From positions 18,166,001 through 18,230,000 of the forward strand of contig OX597815.1 in NCBI GenBank assembly GCA_951406725.2: 64,000 nucleotides of DNA, in the 5' to 3' direction. The notes beneath the pieces were generated by a model that did no database searches, had not been told where the DNA came from, and saw only the letters and a program-made list of their open reading frames with translations. The translations under genes and the position numbers were made by a program. Position 1 is the first letter of the stretch; every line of letters begins with the position of its first letter. Shown piece by piece: positions 54,729-64,000 of the stretch. The stretch comes from Octopus vulgaris (lineage: Eukaryota).

Positions 54729-55701
54729 ATTTCCGATCTAAAATATCAATACATTAAAATATAATTTTAAAATAATTTTAAAATAATAAAATGTTGTTTT
54801 TCTTTTGAGTGTTTATGTATGTGTGAATGTGTGTGTGTGTGCGTATTTTGGTTGTGTAATTTATTGATCTGTATGAGTGTGGGTGTGAACATATTGTTGT
54901 ATATATCGAGTTTAGTACGTATGTATATGTTGTGTGAGTGTGTTTTACGTATATGTATTTGTGTGTGAATGTATATATGGAGATTGCTATATAGGTATAA
55001 TTGTGTATGGTTAAAGGGAGTTTTATCATTATATGTATATATGGGTTTTTTTTATCATGATGGTTTATTAATGATTTGGAGTAAATTTTGTATATTTACG
55101 TTGATTATATATTATTCCATTCATAATTTTTAAAAATACGTTCGATCACCACGTGTAAAGAATTGTTTATTTTTCTTTTGAGTGTTTATGTATGTGTGAA
55201 TGTGTGTGTGATTGTTTGCGTACTTTATTTATCTGTATAGATGTGGGTGTGAATATATTGGTGTATATATCGAGTTCTGTATGTATGTATATGTATGTGT
55301 GAGCGGGTATATGTATATTGTTTATGTATGTGGGTTGTATGTGTGTGTGAGGGAGTATGAATAAGTAATGTGTTGAAGTATTTGGCTATTTTATTTATTT
55401 ATCGTTGCCTAGACGTTTTTATGTGTATGTATAGGGATATATATATAGGTGTGTGAGTTAGTGTATGTGTTTAGATATGGTTATATATACTTAGTTATAA
55501 GTGTATGCGTATGTGTGTATATATAGTTTATTTATCTTTTTGTTTTATATTTAATTGTTGATAGGGTTGATTTTAGATTATATATTGATTATATATGGAC
55601 TATATATAGGTTATATATAGATTATGTATTTATATTTTTTTTATTATTTTAAAATTATTTTAAAATTATATTTTAATGTATTGATATTTTAGATCGGAAA
55701 T

Positions 55702-55744
55702 CCACCTGAAGATTGTCATTGAGGACATGAAACAATTGTAGTGG
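55702..55744 (+). ncRNA. Minimal type I hammerhead ribozyme motif
   Basis: CCAC-CTGAAGA-T-TGTC-ATTGAG-GACA-T-GAAA-CAATTG-TA-GTGG: stem I CCAC/GTGG, intact CUGANGA and GAAA core, palindromic stem III, GUA cleavage triplet. Confidence 0.8.
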
Positions 55745-55917
55745 CGGTTTTTTTACTTTTTATTAAAATTGTATGTATTGATTAAGTCTTTCCTTGTTTG
55801 TTTTACAAAGTAGTGGTTTTGTCTCTAATTAATATTATATAATATTTTACTATAAATTGGATTTAATCCTAAATCTGATTTTTCCCTGTAAATTTGGATT
55901 TATTCCTTAATATTTAT

Positions 55918-55920
<3 letters not shown>

Positions 55921-55952
<32 letters not shown>

Positions 55953-56338
55953 AACATACATATATATATACATACATATATATATACATACATACATATA
56001 TATATACATACATACATATATACATACATACATATATATATATATATACATATATATACATACATACATATATATATACATACATATATACATATATACA
56101 TACATATATATATACATGCATACATACATACACACATACATATATACATATATATGCATATACATACATACATACATACATACATACATACATACATACA
56201 TACATACATACATACATACATACATACATACATACATACATACATACATACATACATACATACATACATACATGTATGTATGTATGTACGTATGTATGTA
56301 TGTATGTATGTATGTATGTATGTATGTATGTATGTATG
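55921..56338. repeat. (TA)n/(TACA)n/(TATG)n microsatellite
   Basis: Direct reading. Confidence 0.97.
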
Positions 56339-57291
56339 CAAAAAAGTAAGAGAGTGTGCATTCTGCTTCGGGAGTTGCATTCATGATCATGAGATCGTAG
56401 TTTCGATTCCCGGACCAGGTGAACACTTCATCTCGCTTTACTCTACGAACTCGTCGACATCTGACAATGTAGTTTTAATAGAGGGTGAGAGCTAATATAC
56501 AGCAGAAATATTTGATCGCTAAAAATAATCTGTGCCGGTCGATCAGCAAGCCTTCTCGTGTCGTAGACGACAGGAGAATCCCCGACATGAAATAATATGA
56601 AGTATTTGTATCAAATTATAACTTACGTCACCGTAACTTAGTGACTATCCCGCCAGTATCACAGTCTCAATCTGGTGTACTCCCCTTTCCTGTATCGTAT
56701 TATTTCTTTCTCTAAATATCAATCACTCTCCAGATGAATTGTGAAGCAACATCAGATTGGATTTGCAAATAGAAACGTACCCATCCCAGGAAAGAAGCCA
56801 TATATCAAGCATCTCATCAAGCGAACTGAAGATATTGCGAGATGAATGACGTAAGAAGAGCTGTTTTTTGTTTTTTGAAAAAAAAGTAGCATCATAAATC
56901 TATCTTTGAAATACAACTTAGACTTTAAGAGCCAAAGCCATACGAACTATTGAACCAGTTCGAATCCACGCTCTTCAATAAAGTTATGAGTGCAAGTTTT
57001 AAAACTTATAATAACAGCTTCTTATAGATTTTCAAGGGCAATATTAGCAAAGATTCAAAGGCTCAAAAATATATAAATAAAATAGAAAAAACATGTTTTT
57101 ACTGTTGAATAAAATAAAACAAAATATAACAGATAAATGACAACTTGCTAAATATTTCTCTGCAGCAATATTGACAAACACGTACAGGAACCAAGAAATT
57201 ATGCTATCTTCGATTCGGATAAACCTTGAAAACAGTTCGCTAGCAACTGAATTAGACAAAGAGGGATAGTAAAAATACACGCCCAGAATAC

Positions 57292-57526
57292 ATATTTCTT
57301 TACTACCCACAAGGGGCTAACCACAGAGAGGATAAACAAGGACAGACAAACGGATTAAGTCGATTATATCGATCCCAGTGCGTAATTGGTACTTAATTTA
57401 TCGACCCCGAACTGATGAAAGGCAAAGTCGACCTCGGCGGAATTTGAACTCAGAACGTAGCGGCAGACGAAATGCTGCTAAGCATTTCGCCCGGCGTGCT
57501 AACGATTTTGTCAGTTCACCGTCTTT
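57292..57526 (-). mobile_element. Family A SINE monomer
   Basis: TSD CACGCCCAGAATAC at 57278-57291 and 57527-57540. Confidence 0.93.
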
Positions 57527-58097
57527 CACGCCCAGAATACCGCATGACATGTGAAAACAACATGCGCAATTTCTCCAACGCCTTCACTTGAAATTTCAGC
57601 AAGGCTAAGATCAGTAGAATAAGGAGAAAAAAATCTTAGACAAAATATCCACAAAAAAAAAAATAACTAACCTGCCCACATAGAACAACAGTCCTTCAGT
57701 CATTAAATAGTTTACTAGCATCAACAGTAGACATCTATTCTAGTTTACACAATTTGGCGTAACTAAGCCTCAAATATTCAGATCCACAAAAATCTATATA
57801 TCGGTCATCAACTATCATCACATCAATATCATAATGTACCACTAAAAATGTTTGACCACACAACAATTTGCCCAAACAACAAACCCAAGGGAGACAAGCA
57901 TTTAAAATATGTTACCCAAGAGTAACATCCTTTGGTTCATTGTTTTATTTACATGAATTCCCGAGAAAATCTGCGAAGTAAACGAGGCTGTTTTTCAAAA
58001 ATGGAGGCGAACACCCTTCTCCATCTGATAGGCATAAAAAATTAAGACAATAGAATATTTTCCTATGTTTCTTAACATGAAACCAATGGTGGCCTTA

Positions 58098-58349
58098 TAA
58101 CTGCACCCTTTTAAAGCCTAGCCAGGGTCATGGGCCCGGTTTCCTGGTTTATATGGCGTATGCGTTCCCTAGCTGGACGGGACGCCAGTCCATCGCAGCG
58201 TTACTCATTTTTGCCAGCTGAGTGGACTGGAGCAACGTGAAATGAAGTGTTGTGCTCAAGAACACAACGCATCACCCAGTCCAGGAATCGAAACCACAAT
58301 CTTACGATCATGATGCTGACTCCCTAACCACTAAGACACGCGCCTCCAC
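58098..58349 (-). mobile_element. tRNA-SINE with family B core and family D tail
   Basis: tRNA head and CORE-like segment as in 12816-13146; tail as in 27476-27575; imperfect TSD TGGT(G/A)GCCTTA. Confidence 0.85.
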
Positions 58350-58477
58350 ATTGGTAGCCTTAATTCGCAAATAAAGAAATTATATCCACCAATACGTAGG
58401 TGAGCAATCATTTTCATATATATATATACATATATATATATATACATATATATATATACATATACATAAACGGTAAA

Positions 58478-58770
58478 GAACGCCTTCGGTCATGAATGAG
58501 CTTGGGGTTGCACCTAGAAAATTACCTCTGAGGCACAAGTGCAGACAAGGATGTTAATGGAAGACCAGCAGTCACCCATGCATACCAGCCTCCCCTCCCT
58601 ATGCCACCGGAAAGGCAAAGGCCGATACAGCTTAGCACCAGTGACCTCTCAATTCGTTTCTACTGCTGAATGAACTGGAGCAATGTGAAATAACTGTCTT
58701 GCTCAAGAACACAACACACAGCCCAGTTAGGGAATCGAACCAATTACCTCATGATTGTAAGTCCGATGAC
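58478..58770 (-). mobile_element. Family B SINE, diverged
   Basis: Colinear with 12816-13146. Confidence 0.85.
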
Positions 58771-60009
58771 TAGATGTTGCGACATTCATGCCTTCTTAAC
58801 GGGCATTATTTGCATAACTGGAGAGGAATAGTTTTGACCATAAATGAGCCCTGAAAATATGAGAGTCTACTTCTAACGACCTAACCATCTGAGATTCTAT
58901 TCACTTTGATAATCTTACTTCAATACTTGACGTAAGTTAATCATAATGTTTGAAGAAAATTCATACATATTACAAATGTTAATGATGTAAAGATACAAAA
59001 CTATGTGCGTTTAAAAGGTCATATTTTATCCAGAAAAGCGACCTGTTTAGGAATTGATAATATAATTGATTATAATTCAGTTGTGTATGTGATTGCTACA
59101 AATAACTACAGATAGTTTCAAAATATCTCGATTGTTTAAAGGAAATGTTTATCAATTTTGTAGATATATAATTTAGAAGATCGGGTTACTTGACTTCAGA
59201 ATCTTGAGTATGCAAATAATTTTTGCAGCACATACTGTTGGAATTGCTGAAACATGATTCAAACTAATCTCGAACATTTTAAAATATTCATTTCCTTTAC
59301 TTAACCATTGAATGTACATGCATGTAATTATTGCAATAACGAACAGATTCAGAAGAGAACAGAAAATAATGTGTGTAGAATACGTTATATTATTCTACCC
59401 TAAAGATAAATGCATGCCATTCGTCTTACAATAGGTTACGAGGAACATATTTGTAAAGCGTATCTATACAAAGAATAGGTATATTTTGTGAGGATTTTAG
59501 TATTTTCCCCATTCTTAAGTTTAAATTGTTCATAATTTAGAATGCAAAAATCGTTTAAACTTTAAACCCATTTGTAACCGTTCACTGAAATATTATTTGA
59601 ATGGTATTTTCCGAAACTTAATCAATTTAGTTATACTAACATATTACAGATGAAATAGTCATGTAGATATGTCTTTGTGAAAAACTTCAACTAGTGTGTG
59701 GGTGTAAATCCTCTACAAGGGTTTTAATGGCTTTATTATAAATGTGTTCTTTTATTTAACTATGTTAAACGAAATAGATACAAAACCATGTAGAATGCTA
59801 TCTATGATAGACTAGAGTTCTATCCAGGAGAAAACTTATCTCTTCTCTAGTTTTCATTAGAACTAAATTTTTATTAGTTAAAAGCCTACTTCAGATGTAC
59901 TAAGACCTTTACGAAATTTACATTGCAAGTGTATCATTTAGAAGAGGAAAGGCAATATCTCTCATCTTCGTGGGAGAGATGTGATATCGGTTGGGTATAT
60001 TTGACTAAC

Positions 60010-60396
60010 AGTGGAGGCGCGATGGCCCAGTGGTTAGGGCAGCGGACTCACGGTCGGAGGATCGCGGTTTCGATTCCCAGACCGGGCGTTGTGAGTGTTT
60101 ATTGAGTGAAAACACCTAAAGCTCCACGAGGCTCGGGCAGATGATGGTGGCGAACCCTGCTGTACTCTTTCACCACAACTTTCTCTCACTCTTACTTCCT
60201 GTTTCTGTTGTACCTGTATTTCAAAGGGCCAGCCTTGCCACACTCTGTGTCACGCTGAATATCCCCGAGAACTACGTTAAGGGTACACGTATCTGTGGAG
60301 TGCTCAGCCACTTGCACGTTAATTTCCCGAGCAGGCTGTTCCATTGATCGGATCGACTGGAACCCTCGTCGTCGTAAGCGACGGAGTGCTCTAGAG
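60010..60396 (+). mobile_element. tRNA-SINE with family D head/body and a different tail
   Basis: TGGCCCAGTGGTTAGGGCAG...GGTTTCGATTCCC; TSD ATTTGACTAAC at 59999-60009 and 60397-60407. Confidence 0.9.
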
Positions 60397-60888
60397 ATTT
60401 GACTAACTTCTCCACTGTTTCTGTTCATCCAGTTTCACTCTGAAGGCTTGAATCAACCCGAGGTCATTACAGGTACCAGTTGCCCAAAGTGTCGCATAAT
60501 GACATCAAACTCCGAACCTCCGAACAATATTACTACAAACGCCTAACTGTGCCCAAATGCAAATGTAATATTTTTTTTACATAAATACACTTCCATATAT
60601 GGCTACACACACACATACACATTTCATGCACAGACTCACATTCACACGCGCGCGCACACACAAACACAGAGACACATATAAATAAAGACACACACACATG
60701 CGCGCGCAGTGTTTACTTAGCGTTGGATAGGCAAAGTCTTTCTAAAGTCAAGAGAAAATAAACTTCAAAGGAAAGTTAATTGGTCGATTTTATTGGAACA
60801 TCTCTTTCGTTCTGTTTTTGGTGTCGGGGAATCAAGAGATACACGTTCGATACACAAGTTTAAATCTGAAATAAATATAATGGTAGAT

Positions 60889-60890
<2 letters not shown>

Positions 60891-60932
<42 letters not shown>

Positions 60933-61742
60933 GGGGGGAGAGGGAGATGGATTGATAGAGAGAGCGAGAGTGAGAGAGTGTGTAAGTGAGAGTAAGAGAG
61001 AAATATGAAGAGAGAGAGAGAGAGAGAGAAAGAGAGAGGGAGAGAGGGAGATGGATTGATAGAGAGAGGGAGATAGATAGAGAGAGAGAGCGAGAGTGAG
61101 AGAGTGTGTAAGTGAGAGTAAGAGAGAAATAAGAAGAGAGAGAGAGAGAGAGAGAGAGACGGAGATAGATAGAGCGAGCATGTGAGGGAGGGCGAGAGTG
61201 AGAGAGCGTGTAAGTGAGAGCAAGAGAGAAATAAGAAGAGAGAGAGAGAGAGAGAGAGAGAGACGGAGATAGATAGATAGAGCGAGCATGTGAGTGAGGG
61301 CGAGAGTGAGAGAGCGTGTAAGTGAGAGCAAGAGAGAAATAAGAAGAGAGAGAGAGAGAGGGAGGGAGATAGATAGAGAGAGCGAGCATGTGAGTGAGAG
61401 AGTGTGTAAGTGAGAGCAAGAGACAAATATGAAGAGAGAGAGAGAGAGAGAGGGAGATAGATAGAGAGAGCGAGCATGTGAGGGAGAGAGTGTGTAAGTG
61501 AGAGCAAGAGACAAATATGAAGAGAGAAAGAGGGAGGGAGATAGATAGAGAGAGCTAGCATGTGAGTGAGAGCAAGAGTGAGAGAGTGTGTGAGAGCAAG
61601 AGAGAAATAAGAAGAGAGAGAGAGAGAGAGAGGAGATAGATAAAGAGAGCGAGAGTGAGAGAGTGTGTAAGTGAGAGCAAGAGAGAAATAAGAAGAGAGA
61701 GAGAGAGTGAGAGAGTGTGTAAGTGAGAGCAAGAGAGAAATA

Positions 61743-61784
<42 letters not shown>

Positions 61785-61790
61785 AAGAAA
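60891..61790. repeat. GA-rich compound minisatellite
   Basis: Recurring GAGAGTGTGTAAGTGAGAG(C/T)AAGAGAGAAATAAGAA blocks separated by variable (GA)n. Confidence 0.92.
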
Positions 61791-62949
61791 GCGTGAGAAA
61801 ATGGATGTATGTTTGATTGCTAGAAGTATCAGTTATCGTAGATATTTATCACTTCGATGATATATTGTCAAAACAAAAATCAATAAATCAAAGAAAAGAT
61901 ATGGTTTTTGCATCTTTATCAAGGGAAAGTAGCAATCATCGGTGCACATTCTAATAACCTCTCCTCTCTTTGTTGGACGGTTCGGCTCTGGAAGAAAATG
62001 GTAGGTTTGGCGAGAACAAGTCAATAAAAGATAATTAACATCAAAATGGCATTGAAGAAAATTGGAGTTTAAAAAAAAAAGTGCGATGGTTGGATTGAGT
62101 AAGATTGTTAAGAACAGTTTGGTAGGCTTCAGTCGGGATTTAGGGGAGGAAAAAACAGAAAAAGGGAGAGGAAAGGTTTGGTGAAGAATATGAAGTCATT
62201 GGAGAATATATATATATATTTGGCAGAGAAAAGTTGAATGATGAGAATTGATTCGGATAATCCAACATAATTTGAAATAATCTTAACATCGCCTAATAAA
62301 TCTACCGATAGATTTTCTTTTTTTTTTTTTTATATACTGAAAAACAGTCTCTTCCAAAAACATGAAAGTAAGAAAAAAAAAAAAAAAAAAAAAAAAAGAA
62401 TTTAATGTGCAATTTCGAGAATTGCGTATAATGGACAAAAATTTGAATGGAGTCAAATGGTTACTGAATGAGATCGATAAAGCAACGAATTCTAAATTAG
62501 ATATGTAGTAAGGACATTTCCTTTCTTCATATAAAGACTGGCAGACTTTAACCTCAATGCTATTATGTTGGAAGTAATATTAGGAAGATACCTCCAATTA
62601 TACTCCTCTTTACAGTTAATCATGTTGTTTTCCTCGTTATTTCGGTGATTTTTACCTGCTGATTTTATATAACATTAGAAAATCAAACGAACAAAGAACC
62701 CCCCAACCCTGCCCCCCCACCACTACCTCCGTCTTTCCTTTCCTAGAATAACGCGTTAATACTACTATTATTTTGACTGAAAGTAAATATGAGATTTGAT
62801 CGCTGTTAGGGGTCGTATGATTCTTTGCAACAATCGATCTAAAAGAAAGATGATGTACTTGATGAAATAAGTGATCATTTTGCTTTCAGCGGTTGCATCC
62901 CCACCCACCTTCTGAAAATGAGTAATTTTGATTATTTATATTTCGTCTC

Positions 62950-62952
<3 letters not shown>

Positions 62953-62997
<45 letters not shown>

Positions 62998-63002
62998 CAC
63001 AA

Positions 63003-63084
<82 letters not shown>

Positions 63085-63137
63085 GTTTATATATATAGGT
63101 ATATATATATATAGATATATATGTATATATATAGATA

Positions 63138-63184
<47 letters not shown>

Positions 63185-63275
63185 GTGTGTCTGTGTGTCT
63201 GTGTGAGTCTGTGAGTGTATATGTTTCTATGTATGCATGTATGTATGTATGTATGTATGTATCTATCTATCTATT
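62953..63275. repeat. (TA)n/(TG)n/(TATG)n microsatellite
   Basis: Direct reading. Confidence 0.97.
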
Positions 63276-64000
63276 TATATGAATTGACCTCTCATAGAAT
63301 TCATATATACTAGATATTCGCAAGGTCATGCTAAATTCTCAAGTATTATATATAGAAATATAACTTATAAGCGTTAATTTTCTGGAATAGCTTATTTTTT
63401 TTTCTAATATTTCTCTACTTTAAGGTTGAATATTTAATTTAAAAACATTTCAGATGTTAATTATAAAGCTATTTCAATATGAACGATTTATGCGCCATTA
63501 ATAATTCTCATTGAGTGGAGGTGTAACACTTCCTTATTTATGCTTTCTCCATTATTTTCCCACTATCTATTTTAATGTTCTGTTCGTATATAAAAATCTA
63601 CTTTTCATCAATTCTACTAAAATTGATAGCAAGCTGAGGTTAGAATTTCCATTTTATATAAAAAAATTTTTTTTTCCAAACCGGACACACAGAGGTATTA
63701 CTATCATCAAATGTAAATCTTTAAACATTAGTGAAAACAAGTCTACATCAAACGGAATAAATTTGAAGACATCTTCAGTAAGAGAACAATAGATCAGTTA
63801 GTGTTAGCATACTAAATGCTTGGAAAATCAAAGTACGTAAGTAGAAATAATTATGCAGTGAAGAAATAAAATAAAAAGATTGGTTAATGAAAAATAATAT
63901 TGTCAGGTTTTATATCAAGCAAGGAAGACAATGTCGAATATGCTTCGGTCTGACTCTGACCACATGCATCGGAGTGATGACGAAATATTTACTAAATATA

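Larger units (their letters stand above)
54591..55920 (+). mobile_element. Non-coding Penelope-derived element with inverted terminal repeats (family H3)
   Basis: 54591-54791 is the near-perfect reverse complement of 55639-55839; right arm has an ~80-nt extension then (TA)n; TG-rich interior. Confidence 0.8.

Noticed and set aside
60010-60085. tRNA gene (also 13075-13146 and 27700-27776)
   Set aside because: These are SINE heads followed by SINE bodies; no intact acceptor stem or terminator
60765-61732. 195-290 aa Ser/Leu-rich ORFs
   Set aside because: Products of the GA-rich minisatellite

Overview
Eukaryotic, AT-rich, repeat-saturated genomic DNA. The SINE families and the extreme microsatellite density look like an octopus (coleoid cephalopod) genome; this is recognition/inference, not a database result. 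Nearly all ORFs in the track are microsatellite or SINE artefacts, and no intact host gene is recognisable. Supported content: about 20 copies of a tRNA-derived SINE with a Meta-like domain, several as head-to-tail multimers inside one target-site duplication (TSD); other tRNA-SINEs built from swapped modules; a full-length decayed piggyBac (31446-33778); a full-length decayed mariner (53283-54572); a non-autonomous Helitron; RTE, CR1-like and Penelope (GIY-YIG) remnants; a MITE-like inverted repeat; an 8x37 bp tandem array. The most interesting signal is a set of short non-coding elements from 3-4 unrelated families that end in (TA)n tracts and carry minimal type I hammerhead-ribozyme motifs of the Penelope type, including a 1.3 kb element with a hammerhead in each of two ~200 bp inverted arms. 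A tentative chain of small phase-compatible minus-strand exons may be the 3' end of an unidentified host gene.
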